Counted from the stretch's first letter, positions 20,976 through 31,769 are shown. The stretch is 64,000 bases of DNA from an uncultured Pontibacter sp. (GCF_947495565.1 NZ_CANLZM010000012.1:116689-180688); one strand, 5' to 3'. The notes: generated by a model from the letters alone, not told the origin. Program-made: numbers and translations.

Positions 20976-21272
20976 TAAGACTTCCTTAAGCGGACTCCTC
21001 CCTCAGCACCATAAATCTTCATTTCACTTATACTTGCCAGGCTATAACTGCATCAACTAAATTTAAGGTTGACATAGCAAGATTCTATAGGTAGAAAGCT
21101 GCGCTTCCTTTATCTTCTGAAATTTCTTATACCTTATTTAAGAGTTTTAACAAAGGCATTTCAAGAACTTACTGATGAAGGTAAGTTAGATCAAAAAACA
21201 TTGTTGATCAGTTAATGTAATGTTATCAATAATAATTGATATTTTGGGTTATATTTAAAAAGGATACCCCTA

Positions 21273-21686
21273 ATGCATACAACTAAGGATGGCTTAATGG
21301 AATTAGCGCATGATGATGTTTACAATATACTTTGCGCATAGTGGTCTGATGAGTTAGGTGTAGAGTCCTCGGAGTTTTTCCAAACCATAACATCCTTGTT
21401 TGTAGCCATCCAGGAAAAGCAGATCACTGACCTCATGATATATTCCGGCATTCCGGCTGGTGGAGTGCTTACCGAAAAGCTTATTGATCTCATTATTCAA
21501 AGCACTTCTAATACTCCTCTTCAAAATATTGCCATTCTGGAGTCGTCTGATTATCTCTGGGATTATAACCTGTACCAGGTAATTAAATTGCTTGTTGCCA
21601 AGTATAAATTGCCCATTACAGTTAAGTTGGTAAAAAGCCGCGCCGAAGGCTTGCAGTGGTTTAAACAACTAGCTTTTGTAGAGTAG
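21273..21686 (+). pseudogene. Small STAS/SpoIIAA-like ORF interrupted by an in-frame TAG at 21339-21341
   Basis: MHTTKDGLMELAHDDVYNILCA*WSDELGVESSEFF... is in frame with the track ORF at 21396; family call is inferred. Confidence 0.6.
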
Positions 21687-21971
21687 TAACGGCTTTCTCC
21701 AAATTAAAAATTGCCTGTTGTTGCATGAATCAGCCTGAAAATCATCTTAAAGACGCTCAGTTGGTGCTTCTGTGCAGCAGGTAATCAGCGGCTATTCCTC
21801 CATACAGGCAGGATAATAAAGTATAAAAAGCAGCCTCACGCACTTACTTTGCAGCCAGTCCTATATTAACCAAACATATTGTACCTTTGCAGACTAGTTT
21901 GCAAAACGAACCATTGTTGCCTGATAAAGGTTTTTACTGATTGTAGCGTATTTCATTAAATAGATAAGTAA

Positions 21972-23285
21972 GTGAAAGTAAGATCACTCAAAAAAGATAA
22001 AGTAAACGTAGTTACCTTGGGTTGCTCTAAAAACCTGGTTGACTCTGAAGTGTTGATGGGGCAGCTGCGTGCCAATGAGTTTGAGGTGGCGCACGAGTCT
22101 GAGCAGGATGATTCCAACATCATCATTGTGAACACTTGTGGCTTTATAGACAATGCCAAGCAGGAGTCTATCGATACTATTCTGCGTTACGCTGAGGCAA
22201 AGGAGTCTGGCCAGATCGACAAGCTATACGTAACAGGTTGCCTTTCGCAGCGCTACAAAGATTCTCTAGAAGCAGAGATTCCGCAGGTAGATGCATACTT
22301 TGGCACCCTGGAGCTGCCGCAACTACTCAAGAAACTGGAGGCTGACTACAAGCACGAGCTGATTGGTGAACGTTTACTGACAACTCCTTCTCACTACGCA
22401 TACTTTAAGATTGCTGAAGGCTGTAACCGCCCTTGCTCGTTCTGCGCCATACCTTTAATGCGTGGCAAACACGTTGACCGCCCTATTGAGGATCTGGTGA
22501 AAGAAGCATCGAGACTGGCAAGTATGGGTACCAAAGAACTGGTGCTTATCGCCCAGGATCTGACTTACTATGGACTACAGCACTACGGAGAGCGTAAGCT
22601 GGCCGATTTGTTGAGAAATCTGTCTGATGTAAACGGCATCGAGTGGATACGCATGCAGTATGCCTACCCGTCGCAGTTTCCGATGGAGGTGTTTGATGTG
22701 ATGAGCGAGCGCGACAACATCTGCAAGTACCTGGATATGCCACTGCAGCACATCTCCGATAACATGCTCAAAACCATGCGCCGCGGTATCAGCAAGCGCC
22801 GCACTATTGAGTTGGTAGATCAAATCCGTCAGCGCGTGCCAGACATCGCCCTAAGAACCACGCTTATTGCCGGCCACCCCGGCGAAACTGATCAGGACTT
22901 TCAGGAGCTGTATGACTGGGTAGAGGAAACGCGCTTCGACCGCTTAGGTATTTTCACATACTCACACGAGGATAATACGCATTCTTATACTTTGGAAGAT
23001 AATGTGCCGGAAGAAGTGAAGCAGGATCGTGCCGATGCCATTATGGAGCTGCAGCAGGGTATTTCTGTAGAGATGAATGAAGAAAAAGTTGGCAATACAT
23101 ACAAAGTACTGTTCGACCGCAAAGAGAGCGGTTATTTTGTTGGCCGTACGCAATACGACTCTCCGGAAGTGGATAACGAAGTACTGGTGCCAGCCGACGG
23201 TAACTACGTACGACTCGGCGACTTTGCCAATGTGAAGATCACAGATGCCTCAGATTTCGATTTGTATGGGGAAGTGGTTATCTAG
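21972..23285 (+). CDS. rimO: Ribosomal protein S12 methylthiotransferase
   Basis: LGCSKNLVDSE, CNRPCSFC radical SAM motif, C-terminal TRAM (SPEVD); TACCTTTG promoter at 21882. Confidence 0.97.
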   Translation: MKVRSLKKDKVNVVTLGCSKNLVDSEVLMGQLRANEFEVAHESEQDDSNIIIVNTCGFIDNAKQESIDTILRYAEAKESGQIDKLYVTGCLSQRYKDSLEAEIPQVDAYFGTLELPQLLKKLEADYKHELIGERLLTTPSHYAYFKIAEGCNRPCSFCAIPLMRGKHVDRPIEDLVKEASRLASMGTKELVLIAQDLTYYGLQHYGERKLADLLRNLSDVNGIEWIRMQYAYPSQFPMEVFDVMSERDNICKYLDMPLQHISDNMLKTMRRGISKRRTIELVDQIRQRVPDIALRTTLIAGHPGETDQDFQELYDWVEETRFDRLGIFTYSHEDNTHSYTLEDNVPEEVKQDRADAIMELQQGISVEMNEEKVGNTYKVLFDRKESGYFVGRTQYDSPEVDNEVLVPADGNYVRLGDFANVKITDASDFDLYGEVVI

Positions 23286-23313
23286 ATCCTAGACGTTAGA
23301 CATAAGACTACAA

Positions 23314-23347
23314 AGAACGGGTTTGGCAGAGATGCCAAACCCGTTCT
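23314..23347. terminator. Hairpin between the convergent rimO and PH-domain genes
   Basis: Perfect 15-bp stem AGAACGGGTTTGGCA/TGCCAAACCCGTTCT. Confidence 0.7.
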
Positions 23348-23408
23348 CATTAAATGGAAATATAACTAGTTCTCCATACTCAAAGTCTAGCATCTAGTGT
23401 CTAAAATA

Positions 23409-23789
23409 TCACTTCAAAACATACTTGCTCAGTACACGGTAAGCCTCATTGATGTTGTCGCCTTTCCGGAAGTCCTGTTTAATGGTGGGTTCTACCTCGC
23501 CTGTCAGCCAAATCTTGAGTTCCGCATCTAGATCGCCGATGCCGGCACTCTCCTTCGAGAACATCTTGATGCTGCCATAAGGTATACTTTGATAATCGAT
23601 TTTAGAGCCGGTAAGGCCTTGCTTGTTAACAAGTATAAGGCGCTTGTTGGTAAATACCAGCATATCCCGGATCAGTTTATAGGCGCGCTCTATGCGTTCG
23701 TCATCTATAAGTATAGGCTGAAACTCCCTGGTAATTTTCTCGATAGACACCTCTGATGCGTGTCCCATCATGCCGCTTAATAATCCCAT
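23409..23789 (-). CDS. Bacterial PH-domain protein
   Basis: RDMLVFTNKRLILVNKQGLTGSK..Y.SIPY; DLDAELKIW. Confidence 0.9.
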   Translation of the reverse strand: MGLLSGMMGHASEVSIEKITREFQPILIDDERIERAYKLIRDMLVFTNKRLILVNKQGLTGSKIDYQSIPYGSIKMFSKESAGIGDLDAELKIWLTGEVEPTIKQDFRKGDNINEAYRVLSKYVLK

Positions 23790-23845
23790 ATGTGTTTGTG
23801 TTGGTAACTATGTTGATACTGTGGATAAGCTTAATTTCGTGGAAA

Positions 23846-25504
23846 TCAGTCTTCTGATGCCAGCTCTTTTTTAATACGCTTCTTGTCTATTTTTCCCACG
23901 CTAGTCTTTGGAATCTCGGTAACAAACCGGAACTGCTTGGGCACGGCGTAGTGGCTGATTTTACCGCTATCCGAGAATTGCTCCATGTGCCGGATCAGGT
24001 CCTCGTCGGTTATACTTGCATCGGGTTTGGCAACCACCAAAGCCAGTGGGCGTTCCTGCCAGCGTTGGTCCGGCACGGCTACTACGGCTGTTTCCTGCAC
24101 GTCGGGGTGCTGTGAGATCAGGCTTTCCAGCAGCAACGAGGAGATCCACTCACCCCCGGATTTGATCACATCCTTTTTCCGGTCGGTGATGGTTATTACG
24201 CCATCGGGGTCAATGGTGGCAATGTCGCCGGTGTGTAGGTAGCCGTGTTTCCAGAGCTCGAGGCTGCGCTCCTCGTCCTTGTAATACCCTTGGGTTAGCC
24301 ACGGCGCACGCACCACAATCTCGCCCGTTGACTTACCGTCGTTCGGTAAAAACTGGCCCTCCTCGTTCATCAGCCTAAGGTCTACCATCTGTATCGGGCG
24401 GCCTGTCTTTATGCGCAGGTCGGCTTCCTCGTCCTCGGTAAGGTAGTCCATGGTTTTTCTGTTGAGATAGGTCAGTGACAGTACCGGGCAAGTTTCTGAC
24501 ATGCCGTAGCCAGTAATTACCTCAATACCTAAACCCATAGCCGTCATGGCAAGGCCGCGAGGCAGCGCACTTCCACCTATAATCACTTTCCAGTTCGTGA
24601 GGCTAAAAGATTTTACCTGCGGGCTGTTTACAAGCATCTGCAGGATGGTAGGCACGCAATGCGAGATGGTTACCTTTTCCTTCAGCACCAGTTGCAGCAG
24701 CATGGCCGGTTCGTAGCGGCCGGGGTAAATTTGCTGCATCCCCAGAAAAGTGGCTAAGTACGGAAATCCCCAGGCGTGCACGTGAAACATCGGCGTGATA
24801 GGCATGTATACATCATTAGAGCCGATCTTAACGGCATTATCCATGGCACCCAGTGCAGTGGCCAAACCAAACGTATGCAACACCAGTTGGCGGTGCGAGA
24901 AGTATACACCTTTGGGCAGGCCTGTGGTGCCGGTCGTATAAAAGGTGGTGGCAATGGCATCTTCCGGAAGGTCAGGGAAAGTATAGCTGTCGGGTTGGTT
25001 TAGCAGGAGTTTCTCGTACTCGCCCTCTAATGGCAACGCCGATGTCGCCTCAGCGCCGGAATCAGAAAGCAGCACAATTTTCTTTACCGTTTCCATTCTG
25101 CCCCGCAGTGCCTCAAGTATAGGCAGGAAATCCTCGTGGCAAAATATAACGGCATCCTCGGCGTGGTTTATAGTATAAAGTATCTCCTCCGGCGAGAGCC
25201 TGAAATTGATCATGTGCAGCACAGCGCCAACCATAGGTATGGCAAAGTAACCCTCCAGGTAGCGGTGGCTGTCGTAATCCAGAAACGCAACGGTTTGGCC
25301 CTGCGCAACCTCCAAGTGGTTGGTCAACAGGTTTGCCAGCCGTGCCACGCGCTTGTTCATCTCGCTATAAGTAATGCGGGAGATGTCGCGGTAAACGATT
25401 TCCCTGTCTGACTCATACTTCAGCGATTGCTCTAAAATGCTGCGGATAAGCAACTGCGACTGGTGTGCCTCCGGTGTGGGAGAAAGGATGCGAGGGGTAG
25501 CCAT
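23846..25504 (-). CDS. Medium/long-chain fatty-acid--CoA ligase
   Basis: YTTGTTGLPKGV AMP-binding motif, GYGMSET, HTGD, DRKKDVIKSGGEWISS. Confidence 0.93.
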   Translation of the reverse strand: MATPRILSPTPEAHQSQLLIRSILEQSLKYESDREIVYRDISRITYSEMNKRVARLANLLTNHLEVAQGQTVAFLDYDSHRYLEGYFAIPMVGAVLHMINFRLSPEEILYTINHAEDAVIFCHEDFLPILEALRGRMETVKKIVLLSDSGAEATSALPLEGEYEKLLLNQPDSYTFPDLPEDAIATTFYTTGTTGLPKGVYFSHRQLVLHTFGLATALGAMDNAVKIGSNDVYMPITPMFHVHAWGFPYLATFLGMQQIYPGRYEPAMLLQLVLKEKVTISHCVPTILQMLVNSPQVKSFSLTNWKVIIGGSALPRGLAMTAMGLGIEVITGYGMSETCPVLSLTYLNRKTMDYLTEDEEADLRIKTGRPIQMVDLRLMNEEGQFLPNDGKSTGEIVVRAPWLTQGYYKDEERSLELWKHGYLHTGDIATIDPDGVITITDRKKDVIKSGGEWISSLLLESLISQHPDVQETAVVAVPDQRWQERPLALVVAKPDASITDEDLIRHMEQFSDSGKISHYAVPKQFRFVTEIPKTSVGKIDKKRIKKELASED

Positions 25505-25834
25505 AGCCTGGTTTTAATGAGGGTTTAACGTTATGCCTTTCTAGCTTTCTCTATACCTGTTTCGGGAGCACGCAGTTGCAGCTATGCACCGAATCTGGTA
25601 CAAGCGCCCGTAACTAACGCTGCTGACCGAGTGACGTATACCTGCCACGATAGCAGCAAAATATATTGCTGTCTTGCAGCTTATCTGTATGAGCTTGCTT
25701 TCTATCGTGGGTTCTGTAAAACGCAGATAAATCCTGTAACTTTGCGTACGCGCAAAAATTGCTGCAACACATTTCGGCCTAACCTGTTAAAAGGGCTAAA
25801 CCTACGGCTACATAAGCAGATGGATGTACAGACC

Positions 25835-27397
25835 ATGAAGATCACGAAGATAGATTACGCCGCCACAGGCGCTTTTTCCCAGACTATAACCGACTACCTT
25901 GGGCGTGGCGAGCAGTTGCGGCCATTCTATAACCACTTCCCAGCCTTGGACGCTTTTGAGGCTCAGACCAAAGAAAAGAGCTTTACGGAAACACAGCGCC
26001 AGACTTTGTACACGGCGCTTGAGGAGCAGTATACTTCCATCTCCGAAATTAATCCGCAGGTGCAGCAAAACCTTGAGCTGCTGCTACAGCCTAACACCTT
26101 TACCATCACTACCGGCCACCAGCTGAATATCTTTACCGGCCCGCTATACTTTGTGTATAAGATTATTACGGCGATAAACACGTGCAGACAGCTACAGGAA
26201 AAGTATCCGGACTATAATTTTGTGCCGGTTTACTGGATGGCCACCGAAGACCATGATTTTGCTGAAATCAACCATTTTAACCTGTTCGGCAAAAAGTATA
26301 CCTGGGAAACCGGGCAGACCGGTGCCGTTGGCCGCTTCTCAACCCAGGACATGGACACGCTGCTAGCTGAGTTGCCGGAAGCTTACCCTATTTTTGAGGA
26401 GGCCTACCGCAATAGCAAGAACCTGGCTGATGCCACACGCACTATTACGCATGCACTCTTTGGCGCCTATGGCCTGGTAAGTATAGACGGCGACCACGCA
26501 GCACTGAAAAAGGCACTGACGCCAATAGTAGAGCAGGAGCTGACCGAGCAGCTTTCCAACAGGCTGGTAGAGCAGACAAGCCAGAAACTGGAGCAGCTGG
26601 GTTACAAGCCACAAGTATACTCCCGTGAAATCAACCTGTTTTACCTGACCGATACCTTGCGCGAGCGCATCGTGCAGGAAGGCGACAAGTATAATGTTCT
26701 GAATACAGACCTGAGCTTTACGCTGGAGGAAATCCGCAAAGAGGCGCAGCAGCACCCGGAGCGCTTTAGCCCTAACGTTATACTTCGGCCGCTATACGAA
26801 GAGCTTATACTTCCGAACCTGGCTTACATTGGCGGTGGCGCGGAAGTGGCTTACTGGTTCCAGCTGAAAGAGCTGTTTGCCAAGTATGACGTAGCTTTTC
26901 CGGTGCTGATGCTGCGCAACTCGGCGCTTTACATTAGCCGCAGCAACGCCAGCCGCATGCACAAGCTTAACCTGCAGCCGCAGGACCTTTTCCAGGATTT
27001 TCAGGAACTGAAGAAGCAGCTCTCCGGGCAGCTGCACGAAGAGGAAATTAACCTGGAGGCGCAGCGCCAAGCTGTAGCCGCTGCCTTTGCAGAAGTAGAG
27101 AAACTGGCCGAAAGTATAGACCCAACCCTGACCAAGGCTGTAGGCGCAGAGTCGCAGAAGGCTACAAACTCGCTGCAGATGCTGGAGAAGAAAATATCCA
27201 AAGCCCGCGACAGCAAGCATGAGCAGACCTTTAAGCAACTGGAAAACCTGAAGGATAAACTCTTTCCGGGTGGCACGCTGCAGGAGCGAAAAGACAACCT
27301 GCTGACCTACAAAACCAACAACCCGGACTTTATACCTGCCTTGGTAGAGGCCTTCGATCCATTGGAGTTTAAGTTTACTATTCTGGAGGAGGAATAA
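25835..27397 (+). CDS. bshC: Bacillithiol biosynthesis cysteine-adding enzyme
   Basis: TTGHQL, YWMATEDHDFAEI, SPNVILRPLY, YIGGGAEVAYW, LQER; start ATG 25835 (or 25820) follows TAACTTTG at 25737. Confidence 0.94.
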   Translation: MKITKIDYAATGAFSQTITDYLGRGEQLRPFYNHFPALDAFEAQTKEKSFTETQRQTLYTALEEQYTSISEINPQVQQNLELLLQPNTFTITTGHQLNIFTGPLYFVYKIITAINTCRQLQEKYPDYNFVPVYWMATEDHDFAEINHFNLFGKKYTWETGQTGAVGRFSTQDMDTLLAELPEAYPIFEEAYRNSKNLADATRTITHALFGAYGLVSIDGDHAALKKALTPIVEQELTEQLSNRLVEQTSQKLEQLGYKPQVYSREINLFYLTDTLRERIVQEGDKYNVLNTDLSFTLEEIRKEAQQHPERFSPNVILRPLYEELILPNLAYIGGGAEVAYWFQLKELFAKYDVAFPVLMLRNSALYISRSNASRMHKLNLQPQDLFQDFQELKKQLSGQLHEEEINLEAQRQAVAAAFAEVEKLAESIDPTLTKAVGAESQKATNSLQMLEKKISKARDSKHEQTFKQLENLKDKLFPGGTLQERKDNLLTYKTNNPDFIPALVEAFDPLEFKFTILEEE

Positions 27398-27975
27398 TGC
27401 AGAAATCGGAGCTGCGCAGACAGATGCTGCAGCTGCGGCGCGCGCTTCCGGCGGAGGAGGTGCAGCTACGCAGCCAGCAAATAGCCGATCAGTTTTTTAG
27501 CTGCTTTGCGTTAAAGGCAGGCCAGACGGTGCATGTGTTTCTGCCCATCCTTAAAAACAACGAGGTAGATACCTGGCTGATCATTGACAGGCTGCGGCGG
27601 CAGCACCCGGAGGTGCGCGTGGCCGTGCCGGTAACCGATGTGTCCCAGAACATTCTTACGCACCATCACCTCACCGATGAGGCCGTGCTGATGGAGAACA
27701 AGTGGGGCATCCCCGAACCTCAGAACGCGCACATTATCCATGCGCCGGAAGTGGATGTAGTGCTGATACCGTTGCTGGCTTTTGATGAAGCGGGCCACCG
27801 CGTGGGCTACGGCAAGGGCTTTTACGATCGCTTCCTGGCCGACTGCCGCCCGGACGTGCTTAAAGTTGGCTTATCGCTGGAGCCGCCCGTTGAAAGTATA
27901 AATGACACCAATCCGTATGATGTGCCGCTGGATGCAGTGGTAATGCCGGAGGGGGTGTGGTTCCCGTCTGCATAA
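27397..27975 (+). CDS. 5-formyltetrahydrofolate cyclo-ligase
   Basis: WGIPEP, PLLAFD..GHRVGYGKGFYDRFL; TAATG overlap with bshC. Confidence 0.96.
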   Translation: MQKSELRRQMLQLRRALPAEEVQLRSQQIADQFFSCFALKAGQTVHVFLPILKNNEVDTWLIIDRLRRQHPEVRVAVPVTDVSQNILTHHHLTDEAVLMENKWGIPEPQNAHIIHAPEVDVVLIPLLAFDEAGHRVGYGKGFYDRFLADCRPDVLKVGLSLEPPVESINDTNPYDVPLDAVVMPEGVWFPSA

Positions 27976-28146
27976 GAACAGGCATGTTATTATTATAAAA
28001 ATGTTTGTAGAAACAAACGTATAGCGTTATAAGCTTATTTTTTAATTAGCTATATTGTACTTTTGTGTTTAGCCTTAGCAGGCAAGTGTTCATAACCTGC
28101 CAAACCAGTAGCTGATGTAAGGATAACCCGCTATTTTAGTACGAAG

Positions 28147-28680
28147 ATGCCCAAGACCAAGAAAGAAATTATTTTAGACACTGCATTAAACCTCTTTGCT
28201 GAAAAAGGGTACGATGCCACACCGACTAGCCAGATAGCTAAAGCTGCTGGCGTGTCAGAAGGACTTATATTTAAACATTACATCAGCAAAGAGAATTTGC
28301 TGGAAGCAGTTGTAAAGGCGGGCTACAGGCGTATTACCGAAAAAAGTAAAAAGTCGGTGGAGGAGAACGACCCTGCCAAGCTCATCAGCAACGTGCTGGA
28401 CATGCCGCAGAAGCTGGTAGAGGATGAAAGGGATTTCTGGCTGATGCAGTTCCGCATGGTAGACGAAGAGGTGGCGCAGCGGCATCACCAGCGTTACCTG
28501 AACTCTGTAAAGGCTAAGCTGGTAGAGGCGTTCCGAAAATTGGGTCATAACGAGCCGGAGCTGGAAACGGAAATCCTGATGCTGTTGGTAGAAGGGCTTT
28601 GGAGAGCTTATCTCACAAACGAAGACAAAACCCATTTTACGAAGATGCTGGATCTGATAAAAGCAAAATTTATTAAATAA
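28147..28680 (+). CDS. TetR/AcrR family regulator
   Basis: TALNLFAEKGY..T.TSQIAKAAGVSEGLIFKHY HTH. Confidence 0.93.
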   Translation: MPKTKKEIILDTALNLFAEKGYDATPTSQIAKAAGVSEGLIFKHYISKENLLEAVVKAGYRRITEKSKKSVEENDPAKLISNVLDMPQKLVEDERDFWLMQFRMVDEEVAQRHHQRYLNSVKAKLVEAFRKLGHNEPELETEILMLLVEGLWRAYLTNEDKTHFTKMLDLIKAKFIK

Positions 28681-28722
28681 TCTGCTGTAGCACAGGTGCA
28701 AAGTCCCAGCTGCGTTAAGGTG

Positions 28723-28783
28723 CAGCCATATAAGTAAAAAGCCTCCCGATATTGCATCAGGAGGCTTTTTACTTATATGGCTG
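28723..28783. terminator. Bidirectional terminator
   Basis: 24-bp perfect inverted repeat containing AAAAAGCCTCC/GGAGGCTTTTT between convergent genes. Confidence 0.85.
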
Positions 28784-28798
28784 GTTTAAGCAGTATGT

Positions 28799-29107
28799 TT
28801 AGCCTTTGTACACAATGTTAAATTTCTTCAACTCATCCACCGGGCCAAAGTGCTGCTTCTCGATAGTCTTGCCGCGGCGCTTCAGGTGTACTTCTACAGG
28901 AGCCATGGTTCTGGTCATGTCAGAGCTGATCACTTTAACATAGAACTTTCTGGCTTCTTCAGAGGCGCCTTTCTCGAAGGTGTGCTTTTGCTGATTGCCG
29001 TTTACCGGTAGCCCCGGAATTACCTGATAAGAGGTGCAAACCACTTCATACTTAGGAAGAAACGGTTTAATGATGCTGGAAGAGACTTTTCTAAGTAAGC
29101 TTTTCAT
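28799..29107 (-). CDS. Hypothetical protein (102 aa)
   Basis: ATG start, ends at the bidirectional terminator, ordinary protein composition. Confidence 0.75.
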   Translation of the reverse strand: MKSLLRKVSSSIIKPFLPKYEVVCTSYQVIPGLPVNGNQQKHTFEKGASEEARKFYVKVISSDMTRTMAPVEVHLKRRGKTIEKQHFGPVDELKKFNIVYKG

Positions 29108-29327
29108 ATGATGAACGATTTGGAGATACTTTTCAGTATTGCAATGTAAGGCTTTATTTGAAATTTAAAAGTATAGTGGCTGCAAAAAAGTGCAATTTAG
29201 CTTCTAACCTTTTCGCCCTAGCTAAAGTTTATCTTCGATGCGGACAATATTAGGAATAATGCGCAGCTACAGGTGCATAAAGTATAAAGGGCAGGCTTGG
29301 TAGAAAAACAACTCTTTTAAAGTACAA

Positions 29328-30461
29328 CTACTTGACTGTTAACGTGTCCGGTGTTTTTCCCTCTTTTTTTGCCTCCTCTGCTCCCTCTTCTATCGTTTCC
29401 GCTGCTTCTTCTTGCGTGTCTTCGTCCGGGGCAGGAGCTGTCTGCTCATACTTCTCGTGCGGCTCATAGCTCAGCTTTATATAAATAGGGAAATGGTCTG
29501 AGTTGATGCCGTCTAAACGCTGCATATCCACCAGCTTAAAATGGTTGGAGTGGAAAACGTGATCGAGAGGCCAGCGAAACAGAGGATAGTGCGCGTGGTA
29601 GGTGCTGAAGAAGCCACGGCCCACGCGTGGGTCCAGCAGCTGGCTTACCTCCTGGAAAAGCCGGGTAGTAGGTGACCAGGCGACATCGTTAAAATCACCG
29701 GCCACTATAACAGGGTATTTAGAGGCTGCGGCTTCTTTGCCCACAATAATAATCTCCGCGTCGCGCTTACGGGAGTGCTCCTCCTCGGTAGGTACAGGCG
29801 GTTTCGGGTGAACGCCCCGCAGCTCTACCCAATCGCCGCTGCGCAGCTGCAAATAGGTTTTAAGGGATGGGATTTCATTATCCAAAATATAACTGACCTT
29901 CTTCTGGCGCAAGGGCAGCCTGCTGTAAAGGTGCATACCGTAGGTATTAGGCAGCGGCACTTCCATACGGTAAGGGTAATGGTCGGTAACTTTTTTAAGG
30001 GCCTCCTGCCAGGCAGCGTCAGATTCCAAAGTCAGCAGCACATCGGGTTGGTAGCGCTTCACCATGTCAACCAGCAAGCCATAGTCCCTGTTGGTCATCA
30101 GCACATTGGCCACCATAACGCTAACATGGGTCGTGTCGGAAGGGTCGCGCTCTGTCTGCTTTGTTTGCACCGGCGCAAGTATAGTGTAAGGGTAAATGTT
30201 GATGGACTGGTAAACAACTGTGGCTATTAGCGCAAAAAGCAGCAGCTTGCCTCTTTTGCGGTGCTGATAATCGAAAAAGTAAAAAAGCAGCAGACTGATA
30301 ACGGCCAGAAAGAAAAGCTGTAGCCTCGGGAAATCAAACATGCGCACATACCATTCCTCTGAAGAGAAAAGCGGAACGACAGTGCCAAGTATAGCGATGG
30401 CTGCTACTGCGCGAATTAGAATGATGAGTGCCTGCTTCATGATTATGTTTTCGGGGTGCAA
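29328..30461 (-). CDS. Endonuclease/exonuclease/phosphatase family membrane protein
   Basis: ANVL, HPKPP, GDFND, PLDHVF and SDHFP motifs; N-terminal TM helices. Confidence 0.9.
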   Translation of the reverse strand: MHPENIIMKQALIILIRAVAAIAILGTVVPLFSSEEWYVRMFDFPRLQLFFLAVISLLLFYFFDYQHRKRGKLLLFALIATVVYQSINIYPYTILAPVQTKQTERDPSDTTHVSVMVANVLMTNRDYGLLVDMVKRYQPDVLLTLESDAAWQEALKKVTDHYPYRMEVPLPNTYGMHLYSRLPLRQKKVSYILDNEIPSLKTYLQLRSGDWVELRGVHPKPPVPTEEEHSRKRDAEIIIVGKEAAASKYPVIVAGDFNDVAWSPTTRLFQEVSQLLDPRVGRGFFSTYHAHYPLFRWPLDHVFHSNHFKLVDMQRLDGINSDHFPIYIKLSYEPHEKYEQTAPAPDEDTQEEAAETIEEGAEEAKKEGKTPDTLTVK

Positions 30462-30504
30462 CAGGTGCTTTTCCCACTTATTAAAGCCAGCACCATAGCC
30501 TGTG

Positions 30505-31212
30505 TTAGCTGATAGCTGGCAAAGGCTTCAGGCCGCGCGTCATCTCGCGCTTGCCCGGAGGGCCCGGCAGCGCCTCCACCTCAAAACCGGCCGCTTTCAG
30601 GCTGCGCTTAAAAGAGCCTTTGGCGCAATAGGTAACCAGTATGCCGCCCGGTCGGATAGACTTAAACAGCTTCTCAAATATGGCGTCAGTCCACAGTTCA
30701 GGCTGCTTTTCCGGGGCAAAGGCATCAAAATACACTACATCATAGTATGAGTTGGGCGCCACAAACTCCTCCAGCGACTCATGCATTTTCTGCAGCGTAA
30801 AGTATGGGATAATGTCTGCGGGCTCGTTCCAGGGGGCTGCGTGCAGTTTCAGGAAATAATCGTACAGCTCCGGGTTCAGGATGATGTTCTCGTAATGCAG
30901 TTGCTGCACCACCTCCTCCGATAGCGGATACTTCTCCAGGGTATCATACTGAACAAAGGCCTTTTTTGCCAACGCAAACGGAAACGTAAGTATGGCGTTA
31001 AGGCCGGTGCCAAAGCCAATCTCCAGCACCTTCAGGTCTTTCTTTTGCTCCAGCACATGCTCCAGGCCATACTTGATAAACACATGCTGCGACTCCTGCA
31101 GCGCCCCATGCACCGAGTGGTAATGCTCGTTCAGTTCGGGCACGAAAAGGGTGTTGGAGCCGTCTTTTGTCTGTCGGATTTCGAGGTGCATGGTTTTTGT
31201 ATTACTTTGCAA
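30505..31212 (-). CDS. mnmD: tRNA mnm5s2U34 methyltransferase (stand-alone MnmC methylase domain)
   Basis: TKDGS..L....NEHYHS.HGA..ES, EIGFGTGLN, YFDAFAP, PGPPGKREM. Confidence 0.92.
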   Translation of the reverse strand: MQSNTKTMHLEIRQTKDGSNTLFVPELNEHYHSVHGALQESQHVFIKYGLEHVLEQKKDLKVLEIGFGTGLNAILTFPFALAKKAFVQYDTLEKYPLSEEVVQQLHYENIILNPELYDYFLKLHAAPWNEPADIIPYFTLQKMHESLEEFVAPNSYYDVVYFDAFAPEKQPELWTDAIFEKLFKSIRPGGILVTYCAKGSFKRSLKAAGFEVEALPGPPGKREMTRGLKPLPAIS

Positions 31213-31319
31213 AGGTACGCATTACTGCCTTGCGGCCGCAATATATCGATATTAGAATTTAATAAAACTATATAAACTAGCCAAGAAGTATAGAAGTATG
31301 CTTTCTGCTGCCCCTTTCT

Positions 31320-31760
31320 ATGGCAAGAGTCAAAGTTAACATCCCCGCTAAAACACACTTTACAGCCCATATTCCGGTGCGCGTAACCGACCTGAACTAC
31401 GGCAACCACCTCGGCAACGATGCCCTGCTCTCAATTATGCATGAGGCGCGTATGCAGCTACTAAACCACTTTGGCTGGAGCGAGCTAAGTATAGGCGGCG
31501 CAAGTATGATTATGGCCGATGTAGCGATAGAGTATAAAGGAGAAGGCTTTTACGGCGATATGCTAAGTATAAACCTCGCCTTTGATGACCTGAACAAGTA
31601 TGGCTTCGATATTACCTACCACATCACCAACCAGAACGGCAAAGAAGTGGCGCGCGCCAAAACAGGTATGCTTTGTTTTGATTACGAGCAACGCAAACTA
31701 ATGGCGCTTCCCGCCGAAGTAAAAGCAAAGATTGAAACTAATGCAGGAGGATTTTTGTAA
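31320..31760 (+). CDS. Hot-dog-fold acyl-CoA thioesterase
   Basis: VRVTDLNYGNHLGND motif. Confidence 0.9.
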   Translation: MARVKVNIPAKTHFTAHIPVRVTDLNYGNHLGNDALLSIMHEARMQLLNHFGWSELSIGGASMIMADVAIEYKGEGFYGDMLSINLAFDDLNKYGFDITYHITNQNGKEVARAKTGMLCFDYEQRKLMALPAEVKAKIETNAGGFL

Positions 31761-31769
31761 TTTTGCAGT

